64,000 bases of DNA from an uncultured Acidobacteriota bacterium (GTDB lineage Bacteria; Acidobacteriota; Thermoanaerobaculia; Multivoradales; UBA5704): assembly GCA_963770895.1 (NCBI GenBank), contig CAVYRF010000001.1:736001-800000 (forward strand), written 5' to 3'. Numbering within the stretch: the stretch's first letter is position 1; every line of letters begins with the position of its first letter. Positions 1-9,296 of the stretch are shown here, piece by piece. Both the position numbers and the translations under genes were made by a program. The notes beneath the pieces were generated by a model. That model saw nothing but the letters and a program-made list of their open reading frames with translations. It did not search any database and was not told where the DNA came from.

Positions 1-2928
1 GCGGCCGTCACCCTCGACCAGTATTTCGAAGCCTCCGTCGACCGCGCCCCCGACGCGGTGGCGCTGGTCTGCGAGCACGCCAGCCTCACCTACGGTCAGC
101 TCGACCGGCGGGCCAACCGCCTCGCCCATCACCTGCGCCGCCTGGGAGTCGGGCCGGAGACCCCCGTCGCCCTCTGCCTCGAACGCTCGCTCGACATGGT
201 GGTCGCCATCCTCGCCATCGTCAAGGCAGGAGGCGCCTACGTGCCGCTAGACCCCAGCTATCCGCAAGAGCGCCTGCGTTTCATCGCCGCCGACGCCCTG
301 GCCGCCGCCAGGCGTCCGGTCCTGGTCACCCGCAGCGGCCTCGCCGGCCGCTTCGTCCGTCTACTGGGTGGGGGCGGTGGGGAAGGGGAGGGGGTCGGGA
401 CCGCCAGCACGCCCTTCCAGCTGGTCCTGGTCGACGCCCACCAGCGGCGCATCGCCCGCGCCCGCGCCAGCGCCCGCCGCCCGCGCGCCGGCGTGCCGTC
501 CGCCGGTCTGGCCTATGTCATCTATACCTCCGGCTCGACCGGCCGCCCCAAGGGGACGATGAACACCCACCGCGGCATCCTCAACCGCGTGCTATGGATG
601 CAGGGCGCCCACCCCCTGACCCCCGGCGACCGGGTGATGCAGAAGACCCCCATGTCCTTCGACGTCTCGGTGGGCGAGCTCTTCTGGCCCCTGCTGGCCG
701 GAGGCTGCCTGGTCCTGGCCCGCCCCGAGGGGCACAAGGACGCCGCCTACCTGGTGCGCCTGGTCTGCGAGCAGGCCATCTCCATCCTGCACTTCGTGCC
801 GGCCCTGCTCGACCTCTTCCTCGACCAGCCGCAGGTGGCGCAATGCCGCAGCATGCGCCAGCTGGTGGTGGGCGGCGAAGTGCTCTCGGCCGAGCTGCGA
901 GACCGCTTTCGGGCTCGCCTCCCGCACTGCGAGCTGCACAACCACTACGGCCCCACGGAAGCCGCCATCGACGTTTCGGCGTGGACCTGCCGGCACGCCG
1001 GCGAGCAGGCGCCGGTGCCCATCGGCCGGCCGGTCGCCAACACCTGGCTCTACGTCCTCGACCGCGACCTGCGCCCGCTGCCGGCGGGGGTGCCCGGCGA
1101 GCTGCTCATCGGCGGCGTCCAGCTCGCCCGCGGCTACCTCGGGCGCCCCGACCTGACCGCCGAGCGCTTTGTCCCCGACGCCTGGAGCGCCGGCGGGCGC
1201 CTCTACCGCACCGGCGACCTTGCCCGCCACCGGTCGGACGGCGCCCTGGAATACCTCGGCCGCCTGGACCACCAGGTGAAGCTGCGCGGCTTCCGCATCG
1301 AGCTCGGCGAGATCGAGACGGTGCTCGCCGGACACCCGGCCGTGCGCCAGGCAGCGGTGCTCCTGGTGGATGCGCCGCCGGCAGGCGCTCAGCTGGTGGC
1401 CTGCGTGGTGGCACAACCGGGCGCCGGCACCGGCGCCGAGGCTGCCGCGATCTGGCCGGAGCTGCGCGCCTTCCTCGCCGCGCGGCTGCCCGACCACATG
1501 GTGCCGGCGGCGGTGGTCTGGAGCGCGGCGCTGCCCACCACGCCCAACGGCAAGATCGACCGCCGCGTCCTCACACAGCAGGCCGCCGACGCCGCGGCGG
1601 CGGTACGCGGCACCGCCCTGCCTGCCGCCGCCCCGCCCCGCGATGCCGTCGAAGCCGCCCTGACCGCGATCTGGTCCGAGATCCTGGGCCGCGGCACGCT
1701 CGACCGCGACGACAACTTCTTCGACCTGGGCGGCCACTCGCTGCTCGCCGTCCGCCTGATGGCCAGGATTCGCCAGCGCTTCGGCCGCGAGCTGCCCCTG
1801 CAGACCCTGTTCCGCGCTGCCACCGTGGGGCAACAGGCGGCGTTGCTGCGAGCCGGCGCGGCGACCGCCGGCCGCTCCATCCTGGTCGAGCTGACCCCCA
1901 TGGCCAGCACCGCCGCCAACGCCGGCACCTCCACCAGCGCCGGCACGCCCACCAACGCCGGCACCTCCGCCGACGCCGGCACCTCCGTCAAGGCTGGCAG
2001 CCCCGCCGCATCGGAGCCCGCAGCCCGCCCGTTCTTCTGCGTCCACCCCGCCGGCGGCAACGTCCTCTGCTACGCCGAGCTGGCGCGGTCGCTGGGAGCG
2101 GACCAACCCTTCTACGGCCTGCAACTGCCCGACCTGCGAGACCTGCCGCCCGACGCCACGGTCGAGGCGCTCGCCTCCCGCTACGTGACCGCCCTTCAAG
2201 CCGTGGCCCCCAACGGTCCCTATGCCCTGGGCGGCTGGTCGCTCGGCGGAGCCATCGCCTACGAGATGGCCCATCAGCTGCGCCTGGCCGGCGAACAGGT
2301 CGACCTGCTGGCCCTGATCGACCCCTCGCCGCTTTCCGTCACCCACCCGCAGTCGCCGGAACCGGAAGATCCTGAAACCTCGGCCGCAAGTCCGGCGACG
2401 ACTGCCAGTGCCGGGATGCCGGCTGCGGAACCGGAAGATGGGAACCACGGCGCCGACGCGCAGCTCGCCGCCGCCTTTGCCTACGACCTGGCCGCCCTGA
2501 GCGGCCACGACGCTGCGCAGCTGGCCGCGGCGCACGCGTCGCTGCACCTCGATCCAACCCGCCCGCTGCCCGACCTGCTGGCGGCCGGCCGCGCCGCCGG
2601 CCTGCTGCCAGCCGACCTGGCAACCGACGACGTGGAGCGGCTCTTTGACCTCTTCCGTACGACCTGGCAAGCCTTCCGCCGCTATCGCCCCGAGCCCTAC
2701 CCAGGCCGCCTAACCCTCCTGCGTGCCGCCCACCGCCGATCGTCCGCCAACGGCCATCCGCCGACAGAGCCCGCCGCCGCCTGGGCCGCGCTAGCCCGCC
2801 AAGGCGCCGACATCGAAACCCTGGCCGGCGACCACTACTCGATCGTCCGCCCACCCGCCGTCGATCGCCTGGCCCAAGCCCTCCGCCGCCGTCTGACCGC
2901 AACCAGCCGCGGCTCCGGCCCCAAGTGA
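1..2928 (+). CDS. NRPS terminal module (adenylation - PCP - thioesterase), 5' part outside window
   Basis: Frame open from base 1. A-domain motifs YTSGSTGRPKG, YGPTE, YRTGDL, KLRGFRIELGEIE and PNGKIDR; PCP motif FFDLGGHSL; TE motifs HPAGG, GWSLGG and GDHY. Confidence 0.95.
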   Translation, partial: AAVTLDQYFEASVDRAPDAVALVCEHASLTYGQLDRRANRLAHHLRRLGVGPETPVALCLERSLDMVVAILAIVKAGGAYVPLDPSYPQERLRFIAADALAAARRPVLVTRSGLAGRFVRLLGGGGGEGEGVGTASTPFQLVLVDAHQRRIARARASARRPRAGVPSAGLAYVIYTSGSTGRPKGTMNTHRGILNRVLWMQGAHPLTPGDRVMQKTPMSFDVSVGELFWPLLAGGCLVLARPEGHKDAAYLVRLVCEQAISILHFVPALLDLFLDQPQVAQCRSMRQLVVGGEVLSAELRDRFRARLPHCELHNHYGPTEAAIDVSAWTCRHAGEQAPVPIGRPVANTWLYVLDRDLRPLPAGVPGELLIGGVQLARGYLGRPDLTAERFVPDAWSAGGRLYRTGDLARHRSDGALEYLGRLDHQVKLRGFRIELGEIETVLAGHPAVRQAAVLLVDAPPAGAQLVACVVAQPGAGTGAEAAAIWPELRAFLAARLPDHMVPAAVVWSAALPTTPNGKIDRRVLTQQAADAAAAVRGTALPAAAPPRDAVEAALTAIWSEILGRGTLDRDDNFFDLGGHSLLAVRLMARIRQRFGRELPLQTLFRAATVGQQAALLRAGAATAGRSILVELTPMASTAANAGTSTSAGTPTNAGTSADAGTSVKAGSPAASEPAARPFFCVHPAGGNVLCYAELARSLGADQPFYGLQLPDLRDLPPDATVEALASRYVTALQAVAPNGPYALGGWSLGGAIAYEMAHQLRLAGEQVDLLALIDPSPLSVTHPQSPEPEDPETSAASPATTASAGMPAAEPEDGNHGADAQLAAAFAYDLAALSGHDAAQLAAAHASLHLDPTRPLPDLLAAGRAAGLLPADLATDDVERLFDLFRTTWQAFRRYRPEPYPGRLTLLRAAHRRSSANGHPPTEPAAAWAALARQGADIETLAGDHYSIVRPPAVDRLAQALRRRLTATSRGSGPK

Positions 2929-2954
2929 GCGCCAAGCCCAGCGGGCGCGCATAT

Positions 2955-3197
2955 TCAATCGCTCAGCGACCTCTTCTCACCCAGCAGATCCTCGATCTCC
3001 GCGAGCAGGTCATCAGCCTTTCCAGCGTATGCCCGCGCGAGACCCGCGTCAGTCTCCCGGCGACGCTTTGCTGAAAAATAGGTTTTGACAGCTGAGCTGA
3101 TAAAGGCCGAACGACCCTTTTGTTGGGTTTCTGGATCGTCGTCGATCCGTCGCAGCAGCTCTTGATCCAGCCAGATCCTTATGGGGCGAGTTGTCAT
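2955..3197 (-). CDS. Ribbon-helix-helix (CopG/MazE-like) protein, 80 aa, apparent orphan antitoxin
   Basis: MTTRPIRIWLDQELLRRID...GRSAFISSAV...AY has the same layout as the antitoxin at 43469-43699. Lower GC than the flanks; ATG at 3197. Confidence 0.7.
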   Translation of the reverse strand: MTTRPIRIWLDQELLRRIDDDPETQQKGRSAFISSAVKTYFSAKRRRETDAGLARAYAGKADDLLAEIEDLLGEKRSLSD

Positions 3198-3259
3198 GTT
3201 GTGATTATGCAATACAAGTTTGTGTTGTCGGGTCATCAAGTCGCGCGCGGCGCGCGGCG

Positions 3260-3676
3260 TCAGCCGGCGCGGAGCAGCAGGACGGGGACGTTGACGCTGT
3301 GCTGGACGCGGTTGGCGGTGACGCCCAGGAAGAGGTCGGCCAGGAAGCGGTGGCCGTGGGTGCTCATGGCGACCAGGTCGCAGCCGCGTTCGCGGACCCA
3401 GCGGACGATTTCGGTGGCGGGGTCGCCGTAGGCCAGCTCGGCCTGGGCGGGGATGCCCAGGGCCTCGAATTCGACGCGGACGGCTTCCAGGTAGGCGGTG
3501 TCGTCGCGGATCTCGGGGCTCACGGCGTCGGGGCCGAAGGTGCGGGCGGCCCAGCCGGTGGCGACGTGCAACAGGACGATGCGGGCCTGGGTGAGCTGGG
3601 CCAGGGGCTTGACGTGCTCGATGATGGCGCGATCGCTCCTGGTGGTGTCGAGGGTGACGAGAATGCACTGATACAT
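3260..3676 (-). CDS. Universal stress protein (UspA family)
   Basis: MYQCILVTLD...GDPATEI...DLVAMSTHG...LGVTANRV...VPVLL; GGAGG RBS upstream of ATG 3676. Confidence 0.9.
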   Translation of the reverse strand: MYQCILVTLDTTRSDRAIIEHVKPLAQLTQARIVLLHVATGWAARTFGPDAVSPEIRDDTAYLEAVRVEFEALGIPAQAELAYGDPATEIVRWVRERGCDLVAMSTHGHRFLADLFLGVTANRVQHSVNVPVLLLRAG

Positions 3677-3695
3677 CGCCCCTCCTGCGCAGCCG

Positions 3696-3863
3696 TTAGT
3701 GGCCTGTCCTGGAGAATTCGAAAGCGGATGGCGCCGGCAATCGGCGGCGGGGGCCAGGCGCGCCGACGCAGGCATAGTCGGAACTATGTCGAGGAGGCGC
3801 AACGCCGCACCCGCCGTCGAGGGCAAGCCAGGCGCTTTCGAATTCTCCAGGACAGGCCACTAG
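3696..3863. mobile_element. 168-bp MITE/REP-like element, copy 1
   Basis: Perfect 30-bp terminal inverted repeat TAGTGGCCTGTCCTGGAGAATTCGAAAGCG (3697-3726 / 3833-3862); YTAG ends; an inverted second copy lies at 46080-46247. Confidence 0.8.
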
Positions 3864-3882
3864 TGTGCCGCCGCCATGGGAA

Positions 3883-5274
3883 TCAACCGGTGGGGCCGCC
3901 GGCGACGACCTGCCAGGCGGTCCTGAGGGCGTCGGGCAGGCCGTACAGGTCCATGGCGGTGATCAGCAGGGCGCTGGCCCAGCCGGCGCCGGTCAGCAGC
4001 CAACCGGTGCGCCAGGCGCCCATGCGCTGGCGCGAGGCGGTGAACCAGAGCAGCGGGAACATGGCGAAGGGCAGCTGCAGGGCCAGCACGACCTGGCTCA
4101 GGGTGAGCAGGTCGGTGACGCTGCGGTCGCCGTGCCAGGCGATGACTGCGACGGCGGGGACGATCGCGGCGCAGCGGGTGATCAGGCGCCGCAGCCAGGG
4201 CGACAGGCGCCAGTGCATGAAGCCTTCCATCACCACCTGGCCCGCCAGGGTGCCGGTGATGGTGCTGCTCTGGCCGCTGGCAAGCAGGGCGATGGCAAAG
4301 AGCGCGCTGGCGGCGAAGGTGCCCAAGAGCGGCGCCAGGGTGAGGAAGGCGATGCGGATCCAATCGCTGTCGGGGCGGAAGGCGACGACCTGGCCGCCGG
4401 CCAGGGTGACGCTGGCCTTGCCGAAAAAGACGGTGGCCGCCAGGACCAGGATGGCGGCGTTGACCAGGAACGCGACGCCCAGCGCCGCGGTCGAATCCAG
4501 GGTGTTGAAGCGAATCGCCTGCCGCATGGAGGCCTTGTCGCGCTGCAGCCGCCGGCTCTGCACCAGCGCCGAATGCAGGTAGAGATTGTGCGGCATGACG
4601 GTGGCGCCGATGATGCCGATGGCGACGTAGAGCATACCGCGCTGGCGCAGGCCGGGCGCCGCCAGGGCGCGTCCCATCTCCAGGAACTGGGGCCGCGTCG
4701 CGGGGAGCACGAAGATCTCGGTGAAATAGCAGATGCCGATGGTCGCCACCAGGACCAGGACCACCGCTTCGATGGTGCGCATGCCGAAGCGTTGCAGGCC
4801 GAGCAGCAGCAGGACGTCCAGGCCGGTGATCACCACGGCCCACAGCAGCGGCAGGTGAAACAGCAGGTTGATCGCCACGGCGCTGCCCAGCACCTCGGCC
4901 AGGTCGCAGGCGGCGATCGCCACTTCGCAGAACAGCCAGTTGGGCCAGCGGGTCCAGGGGGGGAGCCAGTCGCGGCTGCACTGCGCCAGGTCCTTGCCGG
5001 TGACGACGCCCAGGCGGGCGGCGATGACCTGCAGGAAGATCGCCATGACGCTGGCCAGGGCGACGACCCACAGCAGGCCGTACTTGAACTGCGCGCCGCC
5101 CTGCAGGTCGGTGCCCCAATTGCCGGGATCCATGTAGCCGACGCTGACCAGCAGCGCCGGTCCCGCGAACGCCCGCCAGTGCCGCCAGAAGCCCTGGTCG
5201 GCGCGCGGCACCGCGACGCTCGAATGGACCTCCTGCAACGATTGCGTGGCGGAGGGCGCCGAGGCGGGGCTCAT
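3883..5274 (-). CDS. mntH: Nramp-family divalent metal (Mn2+) transporter
   Basis: GYMDPGNW, GATVMPHNLYLHS and GQSSTITGTLAGQVVMEGF motifs. Start may be ATG 5274 or GTG 5292. Confidence 0.95.
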   Translation of the reverse strand: MSPASAPSATQSLQEVHSSVAVPRADQGFWRHWRAFAGPALLVSVGYMDPGNWGTDLQGGAQFKYGLLWVVALASVMAIFLQVIAARLGVVTGKDLAQCSRDWLPPWTRWPNWLFCEVAIAACDLAEVLGSAVAINLLFHLPLLWAVVITGLDVLLLLGLQRFGMRTIEAVVLVLVATIGICYFTEIFVLPATRPQFLEMGRALAAPGLRQRGMLYVAIGIIGATVMPHNLYLHSALVQSRRLQRDKASMRQAIRFNTLDSTAALGVAFLVNAAILVLAATVFFGKASVTLAGGQVVAFRPDSDWIRIAFLTLAPLLGTFAASALFAIALLASGQSSTITGTLAGQVVMEGFMHWRLSPWLRRLITRCAAIVPAVAVIAWHGDRSVTDLLTLSQVVLALQLPFAMFPLLWFTASRQRMGAWRTGWLLTGAGWASALLITAMDLYGLPDALRTAWQVVAGGPTG

Positions 5275-5283
5275 GTCGGATGT

Positions 5284-5297
5284 TTTGAGCACTCAAA
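5284..5297. promoter_or_regulatory. Candidate MntR operator
   Basis: Palindrome TTTGAG-CA-CTCAAA immediately upstream of mntH; minus-strand TTGACA about 30 bp further upstream. Confidence 0.55.
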
Positions 5298-5516
5298 GTA
5301 TTGAATCACAGGTACCCGAATTGTGTCAAAGCCCAGGTAGCAGGATGGTGACAGCTGCGCTTTCGGCGCTCGCCGCGCTCGCGCCGCGCCCGCCATCGTC
5401 TAGGATACGGGGCCTGGGCTTGTCGGGCAGCAAGGCCCGCCATCATGCGCTCCGCCCGGCGCGGCTTGCGCGCCGTCGCGGCAGCCTCAGATCGACCCGA
5501 TCAAGGAGAGAAAATC

Positions 5517-5897
5517 ATGGGAAACCCGTTCTGCCACGTTGAGCTGACCACGACCGACATGGACAAGGCCAAGAGCTTCTACACCGGCCTGTTCGATTGG
5601 AATCTCCAGGACGTGCCGATGGGTCCTGGCGGCAGCTACACCTTGATCGGCGTGGGCAAGGACAAGGCCGGCTGCGGTGGCGGCATGATGTCGATGCCGG
5701 GCGCCCCGACGGCGTGGATGGCCTACGTGCTGGTGGACGACGTCAAGGCGTCCACCGAAAAGGCCCGCTCGCTCGGTGCCACCATCGTCAAGGATGTGAT
5801 GGAGGTGCCGGGCGCCGGCTGGATGAGCATCATCACCGATCCGGGTGGTGCCACGCTCGGTCTCTGGGAAGCGAACCCGAACGCCCAGCAGTCCTGA
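5517..5897 (+). CDS. VOC/glyoxalase-bleomycin resistance family protein
   Basis: MGNPFCHVELTTTD..AKSFY..LFDW...WMAYVLVDDV...DPGGATLGLWE; AAGGAG RBS. Confidence 0.9.
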   Translation: MGNPFCHVELTTTDMDKAKSFYTGLFDWNLQDVPMGPGGSYTLIGVGKDKAGCGGGMMSMPGAPTAWMAYVLVDDVKASTEKARSLGATIVKDVMEVPGAGWMSIITDPGGATLGLWEANPNAQQS

Positions 5898-6085
5898 TCG
5901 CCCAACCTGCCGCCGGCGTGGCTAGTGAGCCGCCTGTACCCGGCGGCCGCGGACAAGCCAGAGCTGGTCGAGGGCAGGCCCGGCGCCAGCGGTTTTGCTG
6001 GTACAGGTCCCTGGTGCCCCGGTCGTCGGGGCACCGGGCGCCCGGTGGGCGGGGTCGGCCGCGGGGCGGGGCCGGCGGCGCGGTT

Positions 6086-6751
6086 TCAACCGGCGCTGCT
6101 GGCGTGGATGCGGCGGGCGGCGGCGGTGCCGACGACGACGGCCGGGTGGCCGGCGGCGCGCAGGGTCACGGCGTCGGCCACCGGGTCCAGGCGCTCGACC
6201 ACCACCTTGCGGCCCGGCACCAGGCCGTGCTCTTCGGCAAAGCGCAGAAACTGGCCGTCTTCGGATTCGACGCGCGCCACCTGCACTTCGCACCCCGGCT
6301 CGTAGTCGGCCAGGGTGCGGACGCGCAGCTGGACGACTTCCCCCGCGGCGTCGGGGATCGGGTCGCCGTGCGGGTCGGCGGTGGGGAAGTCCAGCACTTC
6401 GTCGATCCGCCGCAGGACCTTTTCGGAAACCGCGTGCTCGAGCACTTCGGCTTCTTCGTGCACTTCGCTCCAGTCGAGGCCCAGCACCCGCACCAGGAAC
6501 AGCTCCAGCAGGCGGTGGCGGCGCAGCACGTGCAGGGCGAGCTTTTCGCCGCTGCGCGTCAGCCGCACGCCGGTGCGCGGTTCGTAATAGACCAGGCGCG
6601 CTTCGTCGAGCGCCTTGACCATGCTGGTCACGGTGCCCGGCACGACTCCCATGAGGGTCGCCAGGCGGCCCAGCGGCACCAGGCGCTCGGGACAGCGCTG
6701 CTGTTCCATGTACAGGCGCTTGACGTAGTCCTCGACCGTGCTGGTGGGCAT
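6086..6751 (-). CDS. mntR: DtxR/MntR family metal-dependent repressor with C-terminal FeoA-like domain
   Basis: STVEDYVK, RRHRLLELFL, HEEAEVLEH and DPHGDPIP motifs; near mntH. Confidence 0.92.
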   Translation of the reverse strand: MPTSTVEDYVKRLYMEQQRCPERLVPLGRLATLMGVVPGTVTSMVKALDEARLVYYEPRTGVRLTRSGEKLALHVLRRHRLLELFLVRVLGLDWSEVHEEAEVLEHAVSEKVLRRIDEVLDFPTADPHGDPIPDAAGEVVQLRVRTLADYEPGCEVQVARVESEDGQFLRFAEEHGLVPGRKVVVERLDPVADAVTLRAAGHPAVVVGTAAARRIHASSAG

Positions 6752-6948
6752 TGCGGGGGGAGTCTACCAGGTAGGGTGGGAGTCGATTGCGTGCTTTCGA
6801 ACGGTGCGGCAGGCGGGGACATGGTATCATTTGCGCACATTCGACGGCCAGGTATTTGTCGCCGCCGAGCCGCTGTAGTACCTTAGTACCCAATGGCGAA
6901 AATGCTGGTGCCTCGGTGGGTCGTGCGACGGGTCAAGGTCACCGCGCA

Positions 6949-7707
6949 ATGAAGACCGTGTCCCGCCTGCTGTCCGTCGCCGCCTACGGCCTGGTGCGAC
7001 CGTGGATGCGGCGCCGGGTGGGCCGGACGGTGCTCGAATCGATCGATGGCGTGCCGCTGGTGGTGTTGCCCCAGGTGCTCAACCCGCGCGTCTTCCGCAC
7101 CGGCGCCTGGCTGGCGCAGGCGGTGCCGCCGGCTGCCGCGCCGGCGGCCACCCGCCGCGCTCTCGACATGGGCACCGGCTCGGGCATCGGCGCCATCTTC
7201 GCCGCCCGCCGCGGCTATCGCGTGACGGCGCTCGACATCAATCCCCACGCCGTCCGGTGCGCTCGCGTGAACGCCCTGCTCAACGGCCTGGACCAGCAGA
7301 TCGACGTGCGGCAGAGCGACCTGTTCGACGCCGTCGCCGGCGAACGCTTCGACCTGGTGCTGTTCAATCCGCCATTTTTCCCCGGCACGCCGCGCGATCC
7401 GCTGGACGCGGCCTGGCGCAGCCACGACGTCATCGAGCGCTTCACCGCCGGCCTGCCCGCGGCGCTGGCGCCGGGAGGGTCGGCCCTGCTGCTGCTGTCC
7501 AGCGCCGGCGGCTCCGACAGCAAGCTCCTGGCCCACGTCCCCGCCCAGCTGCGCGTCGCGCCGGTCTTCCGCCGCGGCTTTGCCGGCGAAACGATCACGC
7601 TCTTTGCCGCCACCTGGGTCCCCGCCGCCAGCGCCAGCGCGGCCCAGGCCGGCGCCGCCCGGCCGCTGGCGGCGCCCGCGCTGTCCTCCGTGGAGGTGAT
7701 GCGATGA
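6949..7707 (+). CDS. HemK/PrmC-like class I SAM methyltransferase
   Basis: LDMGTGSG motif I and FNPPF motif IV (amine N-methyltransferase type); stop overlaps the next ATG (ATGA). Confidence 0.88.
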   Translation: MKTVSRLLSVAAYGLVRPWMRRRVGRTVLESIDGVPLVVLPQVLNPRVFRTGAWLAQAVPPAAAPAATRRALDMGTGSGIGAIFAARRGYRVTALDINPHAVRCARVNALLNGLDQQIDVRQSDLFDAVAGERFDLVLFNPPFFPGTPRDPLDAAWRSHDVIERFTAGLPAALAPGGSALLLLSSAGGSDSKLLAHVPAQLRVAPVFRRGFAGETITLFAATWVPAASASAAQAGAARPLAAPALSSVEVMR

Positions 7708-9296
7708 GCGCCAGCGTTGCCTCGGCAGGCGTGTCGGGCGCGGCGGCGGGCCGCCAGCGGGTGCTGCTGGTCAATCCGCGCATGTGCTCGCGCCGCTCGA
7801 TGCGCCTGCCGCTGTCGCTGCTGTCGCTGGGTTCGGTCCTGGAAGGGCGCTACGACTACCAGCTGATCGACGGCAATGTCGATCCCGACGCCATCGGCAC
7901 CGCGCTCGCCGCGCTGGCGCAAGGCGACCATGCAATGGTGGGGGTGAGCGTCATGCCGGGGCCGCAGGTGGGGCCGGCGATCGCGCTGTCCACCGCGGTG
8001 CGCGCGCACTTCCCGCAGGTGCCGATCGCCTGGGGCGGGTACTTCCCGACCCTCTACCCGGATTCGGCGATCAACGCTTCGTACGTCGACTACGTGGTGC
8101 GCGGCCAGGGCGAAGAAACCCTGCTGGAGCTGCTGGCGCGGCTGCCCGACGCCGGGCCGCCGGCGCCGCCATCCGACTCGGCTGCCGACGCCGGCGCCCT
8201 GGCCGGCCTGGCGGGCCTGACCTTCAAGCACGACGCCGAAGTGCGGCACAACGCCGACCGCCACTTCAAGCCGCCGGACGACCTGCCGCCGCTGCCCTAC
8301 CAGCGCCTGGCCGACGTCACGCCCTACCTGCGCCCGACGTTCATGGGGGCGCGCACCGGCGTGCACCAGGCGGCCCTGGGCTGCCGCTATCGCTGCAGCT
8401 TCTGCGGCGTCGTCACGATGTTCAACGGCGTCACCCGCCTGCAGGGAGCGTCGCGCCTGGCGCAGGCGGTGACGACGCTGCGCGACAAGTACGGCGCCGA
8501 CTCGATGCAGTACTACGACAACAATTTCTTCGACCGCGAAGAGAGCAGCGTGCCGCTGCTCGAAGAGCTCGCCCGCCTGCAATCGCCCTGGTGGTGCTAT
8601 GCGCGCGCCGACACCATGGCGGGCTTTTCGACCCGCACCTGGGAGCTCATCCGCCAGAGCCGCATGCGCATGGCCTACATCGGCGCCGAAGCGGGGAGCG
8701 ACGCGGCGCTGCGCCAGATGAAAAAGGGGTCGCGCGTCGAAGACACGTTGGAGGTCGCGCGCCTGTGCCGCGCCTACGGCGTGGTGCCCGAGCTGTCGTT
8801 CGTGCTCGGCGGCCCCGACGATCCCGAAGGCGAGGTCGAGCACACCCTGAGCTTCATCAAGCGCATCAAGCAGATCCACCCCACCTGCGAAGTCGTGCTG
8901 TACTTCTACAGCCCGACGCCGCGGCGGGAAGCCGCGTCAGAGGCGACGCGGGCCAGCGGCCTGCGCCTGCCGGTGATGGACAACTACGGCCCGGACGGCC
9001 CGCCGCTGCCGACGACGCCGCTCGAATGGACCGAGCGCAAGTGGATCGACTACGTGTGCCACCAGGACGCGCCCTGGCTGTCGCCGCGCCTGCGCCGCCG
9101 CGTGCGCGACTTCGCGACCGTGCTCGGCTGCCGTTTCCCGACCGTGCAGGACGCCAAGACCCCGGACTGGGGCAAGGCGATCCTGCGCAACCTGTCCCGC
9201 TGGCGCTACAGCAGCGGCCTCTACGGCAGCCCCTGGGAGCTGGAGCTGGCCCGGCGCCTGGTGCCCTTGCGCCAGCCGCAGCGCGAAAGCCTGTGA
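7704..9296 (+). CDS. Cobalamin-dependent radical SAM enzyme 1
   Basis: N-terminal B12-binding domain (LLVNP..PLSLL..WGGYFPT..RGQGE), CRYRCSFC, YDNNF, GAEAGS. Confidence 0.92.
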   Translation: MSASVASAGVSGAAAGRQRVLLVNPRMCSRRSMRLPLSLLSLGSVLEGRYDYQLIDGNVDPDAIGTALAALAQGDHAMVGVSVMPGPQVGPAIALSTAVRAHFPQVPIAWGGYFPTLYPDSAINASYVDYVVRGQGEETLLELLARLPDAGPPAPPSDSAADAGALAGLAGLTFKHDAEVRHNADRHFKPPDDLPPLPYQRLADVTPYLRPTFMGARTGVHQAALGCRYRCSFCGVVTMFNGVTRLQGASRLAQAVTTLRDKYGADSMQYYDNNFFDREESSVPLLEELARLQSPWWCYARADTMAGFSTRTWELIRQSRMRMAYIGAEAGSDAALRQMKKGSRVEDTLEVARLCRAYGVVPELSFVLGGPDDPEGEVEHTLSFIKRIKQIHPTCEVVLYFYSPTPRREAASEATRASGLRLPVMDNYGPDGPPLPTTPLEWTERKWIDYVCHQDAPWLSPRLRRRVRDFATVLGCRFPTVQDAKTPDWGKAILRNLSRWRYSSGLYGSPWELELARRLVPLRQPQRESL

